A stretch of DNA of 64,000 nucleotides, taken from positions 70-64,069 of the forward strand of contig JACPWY010000055.1 of assembly GCA_016196825.1 (NCBI GenBank), read 5' to 3'. Origin of the DNA: Deltaproteobacteria bacterium (GTDB lineage: Bacteria; Bdellovibrionota; FAC87; UBA2466). This document shows, piece after piece, positions 1 to 8,633 of the stretch (position 1 is its first letter; each line of letters starts with the position of its first letter). A program made the position numbers and the translations under genes. The notes beneath the pieces are model-generated. The model did no database searches, had not been told where the DNA came from, and saw only the letters and a program-made list of their open reading frames with translations.

Positions 1-449
1 GAGAGCGTGACCTCCGAGTGGGTGCTGCAGATGGGGCGCGTGATTTCGCGTCTCTTCCCCGGAAAACGCTTCTTAAGCTCACATTCAAGGCCCCGTTTGG
101 TTTGCGTGGAGGCCAACTCTAGGAGTTCCTCTTCATTACAACTATTGATAACTTTAAGGAGCAGTGTGGCATGCGATACCGACAAGGAACCTTGATCAAT
201 GAGTTCAAGCATCTTGGGACATTCCCTGCTCTTTCTGGCAATGCCTACGAGTGAATAGGCCTGAAAATCACTCAGCCCTAGCGGGCCCACACAATAGGAC
301 CGCATCGAGGCAAAACCCAAGGCAACAAATCCTCGAGTCCTATCCATCTCATTCAACAGATCGATGAGGTGTCTCTCACAGCGTTTGAATTCTTTTGCGA
401 CGCCAAGGTTCTTCTCATGCAGAAAGAGAATCATAGGAGAAATCATCAT
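1..449 (-). CDS. HNH-endonuclease-family protein, N-terminal part only (3' end runs off the left edge)
   Basis: Not in the supplied track because it is open at the window edge. Reverse-strand translation from ATGATG at 449 reads MMISPMILFLHEKNLGVAKEFKRCERHLIDLLNEMDRTRGFVALGFASMRSYCVGPLGLSDFQAYSLVGIARKSRECPKMLELIDQGSLSVSHATLLL... This is colinear with the N-terminal helical region of the complete HNH protein at 62726-63598. AGGTG lies 4 nt upstream of the ATG. Confidence 0.5.
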   Translation of the reverse strand, partial: MMISPMILFLHEKNLGVAKEFKRCERHLIDLLNEMDRTRGFVALGFASMRSYCVGPLGLSDFQAYSLVGIARKSRECPKMLELIDQGSLSVSHATLLLKVINSCNEEELLELASTQTKRGLECELKKRFPGKRREITRPICSTHSEVTL

Positions 450-461
450 GAAGCACCTAAA

Positions 462-529
462 TATCGACGATAGATCTCACAAATATAGACGATATGTCAA
501 CGTGAAACAAGCTGATCTATCGTCGATAA
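462..529. repeat. 15-bp perfect inverted repeat (TATCGACGATAGATC / GATCTATCGTCGATA) with a degenerate third copy in the spacer
   Basis: Read directly: 462-476 and 515-529 are exact reverse complements. 485-499 (TATAGACGATATGTC) is a 12/15 direct copy of the left arm. The repeat lies about a dozen nt upstream of the left-edge HNH gene start. Confidence 0.7.
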
Positions 530-736
530 CGAGAGAATGACAGGAAAGAAATATCAGTTTCATTGCCCGGGCAATAACTTGCGTCTAGGCGACAGCGACC
601 GCCGACTGCGGGAGATGTTCTTTTCTTTAAGAGATTTACGCATGGAGCGCTTCGGTTTTTGGCGGCTCACTGAGCCTTATTTCGCTACTTCTGGACTCCT
701 GACTACACGAAACCGATCCGTAGCTGCGGCAAGGCG

Positions 737-916
737 ATGCAATGGTTTGCAGCCCCAGCGCTCCTGGCCGTGGGGGCCACAGGGTATGTGCTCAATACTC
801 CAACCCAGAATCGCGAACTCCGATACGCTAAGGCTGCTTCGGATGTGTCTCTGGCCGAGGCGGAATTGAACGAGTGTGTCCGGGAGCTCAAAGCCAAACT
901 CGAAGTGGCGCGCTAA
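737..916 (+). CDS. possible 59-aa membrane-anchored coiled-coil protein (below the track's size cut-off)
   Basis: ATG 737 to TAA 914-916 translates to MQWFAAPALLAVGATGYVLNTPTQNRELRYAKAASDVSLAEAELNECVRELKAKLEVAR: one hydrophobic helix followed by an amphipathic helix. Only a weak AAGG lies upstream. I recognise no homolog. Confidence 0.25.
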   Translation: MQWFAAPALLAVGATGYVLNTPTQNRELRYAKAASDVSLAEAELNECVRELKAKLEVAR

Positions 917-1225
917 CGACGGGCGAACAAGGCTAAACAAAAGACCTCGTGGCGCGAGAGATTCGCACAGGGCGTGCTCAGATGCGCTGGCCCCTCAGAT
1001 TGGAGATTCGGGCGAGGCCATCACAATCGCGGTCTCGGGTCAGAAATATCCCTCGCACATCAATACAAGCTTGCGACCAGACCCTTCCGCAGTCCAGATT
1101 TCCATTGCCGATCCACAAATCGAACCTGAAGAGACGCATCCCGCGCACCAAATCGATGGCCCCCGTCTTGCTCTATTTCCCCCACGTTCGGCTCAACATT
1201 GACAATATAGGTGTATTATACCAAT

Positions 1226-1507
1226 ATGCTCGTGCGACGTGAGAAGTTTGTCTTTCAAGGAAGTTACATCGTCGAAATCTCTGTACACGAAGTTGCGAGA
1301 GACGATCGATATCAAGACGGTCTCAAGTGGGGATTGGTTTGCGTTGATCAGAAAACAGGAAAACGGATTCTGATGGATAATCACCATCCCAAGGGACCGC
1401 ACGTGCACGTCAATGAATTTGAGGAGAATTACGAATTCCTGGGGCTAAACGAGCTTGTAGCCGATTTCAGGCGATTGATTGTCGAACATCTGGGAGTAGA
1501 AATATGA
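1226..1507 (+). CDS. DUF6516 / TumE-like toxin-family protein
   Basis: Track ORF 1211-1507 trimmed to ATG 1226 (AGGTG at 1208-1212). The core ..RILMDNHHPKGPHVHVNEFEENYEFLGLNELVADFRRLIVEH matches my memory of the DUF6516/TumE family (..yDN..g.gdH.H....e..y.f.....L..dF...v). Its stop overlaps the next start (ATGA at 1504). Confidence 0.6.
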   Translation: MLVRREKFVFQGSYIVEISVHEVARDDRYQDGLKWGLVCVDQKTGKRILMDNHHPKGPHVHVNEFEENYEFLGLNELVADFRRLIVEHLGVEI

Positions 1508-1872
1508 AACGTCTCATAGTTTCGTGTAAAACAGCTGACCAGGTCTTTGCCGACTTCAAATGCACTGCAAAGAAAGTGCAGCGGGGCACGTTTCGTGGGG
1601 AGCCCGAGTATGAGGTGAGTTTTGATTCGAAGGCCAACTTCAATCAATTCGTGCGAAATATTCCCGTTCTCTCCGCCATCCTGGTTTTCAAGCCACGATC
1701 GATCTATGAGCTCGCAAAGGTGACAGGCGCCGACGTTTCTAATCTCAACAAGGTGATTAAGTTTTTCGAGGATATTGGGGTGGTTCAAATCAAAACGACC
1801 AAGGTCTCCGGACGACAGGTAAGACGACCCAGCGTTGAGTTCGAGGAAGTGACCTTTCGTCTAGCCGCCTGA
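1504..1872 (+). CDS. winged-helix DNA-binding protein, TumA/HVO_A0114-like putative antitoxin
   Basis: 122-aa ORF translationally coupled to the upstream gene. The segment RSIYELAKVTGADVSNLNKVIKFFEDIGVVQI looks like a MarR-type HTH. Size and position are as in DUF6516-associated regulators. Confidence 0.55.
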   Translation: MKRLIVSCKTADQVFADFKCTAKKVQRGTFRGEPEYEVSFDSKANFNQFVRNIPVLSAILVFKPRSIYELAKVTGADVSNLNKVIKFFEDIGVVQIKTTKVSGRQVRRPSVEFEEVTFRLAA

Positions 1873-2076
1873 CCACTGCCCCTGACAAAATCCGTCACCG
1901 TATTCAGGCGAGTTACAGACGATATTTCACACTCTCCCGAAAACCCCTCACTCGTCCGCACGAAAATCCCGCACGGGCCGTGGCACCTCTCTTGCTCTTA
2001 TTAATATTCAGGTTTGGGCCTGTGGCTGCCAGTTTGGCGACCGCCCCCCAAGACCAGTTGTATACAGGTGTGGTGG

Positions 2077-3405
2077 ATGTTGCGGTTGTTGTGGAAGCTG
2101 GTGGTCCTGTTGACGATAATCCCGAGTATAGGGATCCAAGCGAATCCTCCCATCGCCAAGAAAACTTCTCTCCTCGGCCAGCTGACGCCGATGAAGCGTG
2201 CGGCTAAGCTCAACTATCCCGAATTCCCCAAGGAACTCAAGGCTCGCATCGAGGGCAAAACGCCCGCGAGCCACCCAGCTGTTGCCACCTCGACGACGAA
2301 GGATTGGGGCTTGAGCCACATCGGTTTTTTCCAGATCTTCAATACATTTCTATTGCCTGTGAAACCCGCGACAGTCCCCTGCTCTGCTGCCGTCGTAGTC
2401 GCTGTGGTTGACACAGGAATTGATTACACACACGCCGAGCTCAGGGACAGCGTTTGGATCAATAAGGGCGAAACCGGATCGTGGTCCCCTCCGCCCGGAA
2501 TGGAAAGATATATCAGCTGCCGCGACAAAAGCTGCAATGGCATCGATGACGATGGTGATGGTTTCGTGGATGATGTCGCTGGCTGGGATTTCGTGAATGA
2601 CGTGCCATTGGCCTACGATACTCACGGCCATGGCTCCCACATCGCGGGGATCATCGCGAGCACCGGCGCCGATGGCATCGGAAGTCCGGGCGTCTGCCCC
2701 GGCGTCTCGATCATGCCGCTCAAGTATTACGACGCCTCAGGCGTCGGCTATAACAATCTTCAAAACACAGTCCGCGCTTTCCACTACGCCATTCAGATGG
2801 GTGCGCAGATCATCAACTACAGTGGCGGCGGCACCGATCCTGCTCCCGCTGAGCGCCTCGCGCTGGAAGATGCCAAGAACCACGGCATCCTCGTCGTCGC
2901 AGCCGCCGGCAACGAAGGGCAAAACAATGACATCGCCCCCTATTTTCCCGCTAGCTACGGCCTTGAGAACATCATCAGCGTGGCCTCTATCAACCCCGAG
3001 AACCAGCTGCTCCCATCGAGCAACTGGGGCCCGGGCCGCGTCCACATCGCAGCCCCCGGCCAAGGAATCGTGAGCACGCTTCCCGGCGGCCAGCTTGGCG
3101 CCATGACCGGCACCTCCCAAGCCACCGCCTTTGTCACCGGCACCGCAGCCCTGCTTCTGAGCCAGCTCTCTAACCCCAAGGATTTTGACTACCACCAATT
3201 GAAAAGGTGGATCACCGATGGCGCCAAGCCCCTCCCCGGCAACGCCAAGAGGCAGATTCTGATGAGCGGCGTTCTCAACGTTGGCGGCGCGCTTGAGGCC
3301 GAGCGCAAAGATGTCCAGCGCGACAAGACACCGGTGAAACTCCCGGCCGTCGCTCTCAACCCCGGAAAGCCCACCTCGGGGACGTCACTCTCCAAAACCC
3401 AGTGA
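2077..3405 (+). CDS. secreted S8 (subtilisin-family) serine peptidase, paralog 1
   Basis: Track ORF 2014-3405 trimmed to ATG 2077, which exposes a signal peptide (MLRLLWKLVVLLTIIPSIGIQA). Triad motifs occur in order: VVDTGIDYTHAEL (Asp), HGHGSHIAGIIA (His), GTSQATAFVTG (Ser), plus AAAGNEG. An acidic Cys-containing insert CRDKSCNGIDDDGDGFVDDVAGWDF lies between Asp and His. Confidence 0.9.
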   Translation: MLRLLWKLVVLLTIIPSIGIQANPPIAKKTSLLGQLTPMKRAAKLNYPEFPKELKARIEGKTPASHPAVATSTTKDWGLSHIGFFQIFNTFLLPVKPATVPCSAAVVVAVVDTGIDYTHAELRDSVWINKGETGSWSPPPGMERYISCRDKSCNGIDDDGDGFVDDVAGWDFVNDVPLAYDTHGHGSHIAGIIASTGADGIGSPGVCPGVSIMPLKYYDASGVGYNNLQNTVRAFHYAIQMGAQIINYSGGGTDPAPAERLALEDAKNHGILVVAAAGNEGQNNDIAPYFPASYGLENIISVASINPENQLLPSSNWGPGRVHIAAPGQGIVSTLPGGQLGAMTGTSQATAFVTGTAALLLSQLSNPKDFDYHQLKRWITDGAKPLPGNAKRQILMSGVLNVGGALEAERKDVQRDKTPVKLPAVALNPGKPTSGTSLSKTQ

Positions 3406-3671
3406 CACTCCAAGGGCTTGAAACCGCGAATGAAACAGGATGGGTACACCGCACTTCTTCACAATCCGAGCTGTCCTGAAATTTCACACCTCAAGCCCTC
3501 GACTCCACACCGGTTTTTCAATTGTGTTTTTCGGACCGAATAGCTGGCTTACAGAAATCACCCTTCACAATCTGTCTAAAGTCTCGTCGACACAATTGTC
3601 TTTCCCATCCCATTCCATGGGTTACACGCCATCTCCGGCCCCTGGCGTGCGACTTGAAGGAGATCAGGGGT

Positions 3672-4886
3672 ATGAACCAAGCCCCAATCAAGCTGGTGAT
3701 TACCTTTTGGACGCTTTTCACATTTCCCTCAGTGGCCCAAACGGCGGCCGAAAAAATGAGTGCGCTCGGTTACCCAGCCATTCCTGCCTCCATTCGAGGT
3801 GAGAAGAGCACCCGCAATCCGAACTCCATCGGACTCACAGCTCCAGCCCACAGCGGCGACTGGGCCCTAGCTGACATCGGCTTCTTCCGCGTCTTTAATC
3901 CTCTCTTTCAGGCGATCGACCCCAAAACCACCCCCTGCTCAAAATCGACCATTGTGGCCGTCGTCGACACGGGCATCGACTACACCCACGCCGATCTCGT
4001 CGACGCTCTCTGGGTGAACCAAGGCGAAGTGGGACAGTGGGCACCCCAGGCCGGTTGGGTTCCACCCGCCGGAATCGATGCGCTCTGCCGCGACCGAAGC
4101 TGCAACGGCATCGATGACGACGCCAACGGCTTTGCCGACGATGTGATTGGTTGGGATTTCGTCCACAACATCGCGGCCCCCTACGATATCATCGGCCACG
4201 GCTCCCACATCGCGGGCATCATCGCGGCAACGGGCCGAAGCCAAATGAGCGGCGTGTGCAGCGGCGCTTCGATCATGACCCTTAAGTATTATGATCCGAC
4301 CAATCCCGGCGCGAATAACCTGAGCAATCTCGTGAGGTCGATTCACTATGCCGCCGCCAATGGCGCCGACATCATTAACTTCAGCGGTGGCGGCGTAGAG
4401 CCAGCCGAATCGGAACTTAAAGCTGTGAGAGCGGCGCGCGAAATGGGAGTGCTCATCGTGACCGCCGCGGGCAACCAGGGCCGCAGCAATGATCTTTTCG
4501 GCTCGTACCCGGCCAACTACCCTGTCGACAACATTCTCTCCGTCGCAAGCGTCGACTCCGAAAACAAGGTTCTTCCCTCGAGTAATTATGGCCAGCGCGT
4601 CCACCTCGCGGCCCCCGGTTCTGAGATTCTGAGCACCCTCCCCCAGGGTGGACTCGGCCGCCTCACCGGCACGAGCCAAGCAACGGCCTACGTCACCGGT
4701 GCCGCTGCATTCCTCATGAGTCAGCTCGGCAAGCATACGAGCTATGACTACATTAAGATCAAGTCCTGGCTCACCCGCGGCGCCAAGTCGCTCCCCAGCC
4801 CCAAGGTCATTGCGCACGGTCTTCTCTCGCTCCCCGACTCTCTGAAGCTCCTCAGAGCCGAAGAAGCCCACGTCTCCAAAAACTAA
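3672..4886 (+). CDS. secreted S8 (subtilisin-family) serine peptidase, paralog 2
   Basis: Track ORF 3522-4886 trimmed to ATG 3672 (AAGGAG at 3657-3662, 9-nt spacing). Signal peptide MNQAPIKLVITFWTLFTFPSVAQT. Same motif series as paralog 1: VVDTGIDYTHADL, CRDRSCNGIDDDANGFADDVIGWDF, HGHGSHIAGIIA, TAAGNQG, GTSQATAYVTG. Confidence 0.9.
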   Translation: MNQAPIKLVITFWTLFTFPSVAQTAAEKMSALGYPAIPASIRGEKSTRNPNSIGLTAPAHSGDWALADIGFFRVFNPLFQAIDPKTTPCSKSTIVAVVDTGIDYTHADLVDALWVNQGEVGQWAPQAGWVPPAGIDALCRDRSCNGIDDDANGFADDVIGWDFVHNIAAPYDIIGHGSHIAGIIAATGRSQMSGVCSGASIMTLKYYDPTNPGANNLSNLVRSIHYAAANGADIINFSGGGVEPAESELKAVRAAREMGVLIVTAAGNQGRSNDLFGSYPANYPVDNILSVASVDSENKVLPSSNYGQRVHLAAPGSEILSTLPQGGLGRLTGTSQATAYVTGAAAFLMSQLGKHTSYDYIKIKSWLTRGAKSLPSPKVIAHGLLSLPDSLKLLRAEEAHVSKN

Positions 4887-5008
4887 CCATAAATAATTCG
4901 CTAACGTGTTGAAATCCCGCGCGAAACATTCCCAGATTTCCCCTTGAATTCAATTTTTGACACATGGTATCAAATGCCCTTCGGTTCAATCGGTTACAGG
5001 GAGAAAAC

Positions 5009-8000
5009 ATGGTGAAGAGGCGCAGTGTTGGGGGCGTCCTGTCGTTGGCTTTTCTCGCAAAGCGGCTGCACCAAGCCCTTTGGATGAAGGCCCTCATCGC
5101 GGTCCTTTGCTTTCAATTCGCGTTGCCGGTGCATCTCATGGCGGCGCCCGAAGACGAAGCGCAGGAGGCCGGTGAAACATCAAGTCCCCACGAAGAGGCG
5201 ATCAAGGTCAGCTTAGACGATCTTCGCGCCCGTATCGAACGGGCGGGCAACACCTCGGCCCGTCTCGCGCTGACCGCCGTTCAGCGCAATGTTGGCCTCT
5301 TGCTCAATCAGGAGCTGATCGACACTCAAACCGGAAAAGTTTACGACCTGACCGTGGAAAACCTGGCACTCCCCCGAGCGAGCGTGCCAGCCGGTCTAGT
5401 CAACCGCGCCCTCACCGTCGAAAAGACCGATAACGGCGTCGTCCTCGGTCTCAAAGGCAATCGATACAAGCACCGAATCTCGCTCAACCCCGGCGTGGAG
5501 CTCGTGGATTTCGATTGGGACAGCGACGTTGTCGAGCTTCTCTTGAGCGACGGCTCACGTCACGTCATAGAGGTGTCGTCTCTAGGCCCCACATCCGAAA
5601 ACATGGCGCAGGGTCTCCTCTTTTCGGCGCCCATTCCGGTGTTTTATCTCGGCATAGCCCAATCGGTGAACGGGAAACCCGTGAACCGCATTCGCATTCT
5701 TCAAAGACGGGTCGATCCTGTCGATCGCTCGCGCGCGGCCCAGCTCGCCCGCCTCGATCGCAACCCCCGCACACGGGAGCAGGGCCTCCTCTCCGCCAAT
5801 CGCGATCTCGTGAACCGCGTGGCCGATAATCTCGAACTGCTTCGGCCCGTTCCCCTTGCCCCAGAACTGGAACAGATCCTGAAGACCCACTCCGACGATG
5901 GGCAGGCCTGGCTCTACGCCGGTGACACGGCTCTGATCCATGACGACGGAAACAGCGAAGAGATGGTCGGCTGCGACTCGCGTCTCACCGAAGTCGGCAT
6001 GATCGGGCTCCAGATGGGGCCACTTACGGGTCTGTGGCACATCGCCTCTCCGGAAAGCGCGAAGGCCTCGAAGGATCTCTTCGACCTGCGCAACAGCGCC
6101 AAGCTCGCAGTCTCCGAGATGGTCAGTGATCCAGAAGAGCTGGCGAGATTCTTCAGAGACGGAACTCAGAGTGCCCTCTCCCGCATTCCCGCGAGCGCAC
6201 TCAACGCCACGAATGATTACGCGATCCGAATCGCAGAGCGGGTGAAGAAGCTGAAAGAGCAGGGCACGCCTGACGCCCTCCGAGATGCTTTCACGGGAGA
6301 ACAGCAACTCGCCGACTACGAATCTTTCAAGAGGTATCACTCCGAGCTCACCGAGCGCACCCTTGCCCATGAGAAAAAGAGTCTCTGGAACCCTTCGCGC
6401 TATCCGTTCGCCCGCCGCATGGGCACACGAATGGCCGATTTCGGAAAGGGCATCGCCAGTTTTGATCTTCCGAGAAGAATGCGCCAGGTGACGACGGTCT
6501 TGAAAAAGCCGCTAGTGGCCGGCGCCATTGCTATCGCAAGCTCGGCGGCGGCGACCGATTACATGGCAAACCATGGACAGAACGTGGGGTTGGTCGTGGA
6601 TACGGTGACATCGGCCTGGAACCACGTCCAAGATTTCACAGTCCCCATCATGCGCGACATGAACTACGCCAAGGACGTCACCCTCTATTCATTTCCCAGC
6701 CGGACCGCCATGATGATGTCGGTTTTTCTGTTAGCGGCCGCGGCCTATCCGTTCACTCAGCACTCGATTAATAAGCTCATCACCCGATCGGGCCTGAAGT
6801 ATCTCTTCAGCGCGTCTATCATGCCCCCCCAGCGGTTTCTCGCGGGGCTCACCCTGCGCCCAGAGCTCGTCGATGCGATGAAGAAGGGTCATTTTCCGCG
6901 CGAGCTTCTCAATCCCATGGGCCGCCTCAGTAGCTCCTGGCCCGACCGATTGGCGCTGGCCTCGCGGAATATCAATGACCACAACCGGTATAAGAGCATC
7001 GCCTCCGCCATCGCGCTCACTGCCATCGCAGACCGCCAGGGAATCGACATGGCGGCGCTACTCTCCTCCCCCGAGTTGGCCACGCCATCGTCCAATCTTG
7101 CGCTAGGCCTCGGCGATCTCTTAGGCAATTCAAGCCAAGGCACGCTCTTCCGAGCTCTGAATGAAAGCCCCGAAGAGTTCTTCCATTCGCTGCTGAATGC
7201 ACGACAACTCGCGAGCAGCGTCCTCATCCCCTCCGGCGCCATAGACCGAGCGCCAGGAATGGCGATAATGCGTTCGATCGTGCTCCCGAACATTCTCTCC
7301 AGCGTCGGAAACTTTCAGGAGGCCCGTTATCAGGCTTTGCGCGACCCGCAACCGACTCAGGATTTTTCTGACTACGTCATGAGAGGTTATCTGGTCGACG
7401 GCCTCTTTTCGCTCATTCAATCCACGTATATCCGTGGCAGGTACGCCGATTTTGAAAATCCCGACGCCTTGGCTTATCAAGCCGATGGAGCCCTTTGGAC
7501 GAACAAAATGATCTGGATCAACGATTGGGAGCAGATCTTTCTCCACCTCGGAGCCTCGGCGGCGGTGGATTTCCTCTCTTCAGGCCTTGAGGCAAAGGCT
7601 GTGTTCAACTTCCTTCAACCGGCCTCGGGATACGACCTGGATCGCACCACGGGGACCCGCAGTGCCGCCCGTGACGGTTTGGAATATTTCAAGTTGCTCT
7701 TCGATCTTCGGGGTAACAACTACCTCGTGGGGTTTGGCGAGCGAAGCTGGAACCAGTGCGTGCGATTGCTGCAGGGATTTTTCCTCATTGGCATGGGACT
7801 TCGTCTTTTCGAAGGGATGCTGGGAGGCGAGCCGGTGTCGAGCCTCTTCTCCATGCAGTCATTCGAACACGCCACGGTGGGGCAGCTCTATTTCGTATTC
7901 GCTGCGCCTTTTGTCTATCGTTGGGTGTGGGCTGTGGTTATCACCTCGATGCGTGCCTTCGGCGCCCAGATTGGTAAAATGAGCGCCGGGTACCAGGACC

Positions 8001-8623
8001 ACTACACGCAACTCATGGCCTCCCTCAATAAGAAGGACATCGCCGGAGCGCGGAGGGAGGCCGATCACATGGTCTCGCTTTACGATCGGGAATTTCGATC
8101 CATCCCGCAAAATATTCGGGATTCTCTTAAGAGAACAGCGAATGACAATCCGCTCGAGTGGGCCAACAGAGTCCTTGAGGCCTGCCGCAATACACCGCCC
8201 GTGCCCGAGGGAAGCAATGAGAAGGTGAACAAAGCCATCATGTTCGTGGCCTCAGTTGCGACCACCTACCTCGCTGGGTTTCTCATGGTCGATAGCTTCG
8301 AAAACCGCCCCTTCCGTGGCTTCGACGTGCCCGAGGGGCAAATGGGCTTCGACACCTCTGACTGGTTCGCCTGGAACGGAATGTCGAGACGAGACTCGAT
8401 ACCGGCCCTAATGTTCAAGTCTCTTCTCAACATCATGGCCATCTGGGGCGCCGGCCATGCATTCAATGTCGCGCGCGACTGGTGGGCTGGGAAGGATACG
8501 AGCGAGGCGGTCAAAGGTCTACGATCGATGCCGCTCGTGAATTTCGGGAACCCTTCGCCGCCCCTCATGAAGCCAGTGAAAGACTCCAATTGTCCGGAGC
8601 AACTTCTGCGCAAAGCCTCTTAG
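5009..8623 (+). CDS. large (~1,200 aa) multi-pass membrane protein of unknown function
   Basis: Uninterrupted 3.6-kb frame. ATG 5009 is preceded by AGGGAGA (4998-5004); ATG 5084 is an alternative start that gives a classical signal peptide (MKALIAVLCFQFALPVHLMA/APE). The N-terminal ~450 aa look soluble. At least 6 hydrophobic helices follow (e.g. TAMMMSVFLLAAAAYPF, LLQGFFLIGMGLRLF, LYFVFAAPFVYRWVWAVVITSM, AIMFVASVATTYLAGFLMV, LLNIMAIWGAGHAF). I recognise no known motif. Confidence 0.75.
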   Translation: MVKRRSVGGVLSLAFLAKRLHQALWMKALIAVLCFQFALPVHLMAAPEDEAQEAGETSSPHEEAIKVSLDDLRARIERAGNTSARLALTAVQRNVGLLLNQELIDTQTGKVYDLTVENLALPRASVPAGLVNRALTVEKTDNGVVLGLKGNRYKHRISLNPGVELVDFDWDSDVVELLLSDGSRHVIEVSSLGPTSENMAQGLLFSAPIPVFYLGIAQSVNGKPVNRIRILQRRVDPVDRSRAAQLARLDRNPRTREQGLLSANRDLVNRVADNLELLRPVPLAPELEQILKTHSDDGQAWLYAGDTALIHDDGNSEEMVGCDSRLTEVGMIGLQMGPLTGLWHIASPESAKASKDLFDLRNSAKLAVSEMVSDPEELARFFRDGTQSALSRIPASALNATNDYAIRIAERVKKLKEQGTPDALRDAFTGEQQLADYESFKRYHSELTERTLAHEKKSLWNPSRYPFARRMGTRMADFGKGIASFDLPRRMRQVTTVLKKPLVAGAIAIASSAAATDYMANHGQNVGLVVDTVTSAWNHVQDFTVPIMRDMNYAKDVTLYSFPSRTAMMMSVFLLAAAAYPFTQHSINKLITRSGLKYLFSASIMPPQRFLAGLTLRPELVDAMKKGHFPRELLNPMGRLSSSWPDRLALASRNINDHNRYKSIASAIALTAIADRQGIDMAALLSSPELATPSSNLALGLGDLLGNSSQGTLFRALNESPEEFFHSLLNARQLASSVLIPSGAIDRAPGMAIMRSIVLPNILSSVGNFQEARYQALRDPQPTQDFSDYVMRGYLVDGLFSLIQSTYIRGRYADFENPDALAYQADGALWTNKMIWINDWEQIFLHLGASAAVDFLSSGLEAKAVFNFLQPASGYDLDRTTGTRSAARDGLEYFKLLFDLRGNNYLVGFGERSWNQCVRLLQGFFLIGMGLRLFEGMLGGEPVSSLFSMQSFEHATVGQLYFVFAAPFVYRWVWAVVITSMRAFGAQIGKMSAGYQDHYTQLMASLNKKDIAGARREADHMVSLYDREFRSIPQNIRDSLKRTANDNPLEWANRVLEACRNTPPVPEGSNEKVNKAIMFVASVATTYLAGFLMVDSFENRPFRGFDVPEGQMGFDTSDWFAWNGMSRRDSIPALMFKSLLNIMAIWGAGHAFNVARDWWAGKDTSEAVKGLRSMPLVNFGNPSPPLMKPVKDSNCPEQLLRKAS

Positions 8624-8633
8624 GGAGGTCAGG

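Noticed and set aside
537-1202. Track ORFs 537-869, 677-940, 876-1202 and 949-1242 in the left intergenic region
   Set aside because: They overlap one another in several frames, are Arg/Ser/Pro-rich, and have no SD. Only the 59-aa ORF at 737-916 looked protein-like, and it is kept at low confidence.
1199-1227. TTGACA at 1199-1204 as the promoter for the TumE-like gene
   Set aside because: No acceptable -10 hexamer lies at 16-18-nt spacing (CAATAT at best, and it overlaps the ATG). It is not reported as a feature.
3458-3598. Short repeats in the spacer between the two subtilase genes (TTCACAATC at 3458-3466 and 3564-3572; CAATTGTG at 3519-3526 against CACAATTG at 3591-3598)
   Set aside because: 8-9-nt matches in a 266-nt spacer can arise by chance. 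I have no third occurrence upstream of the other genes to support a regulon motif.
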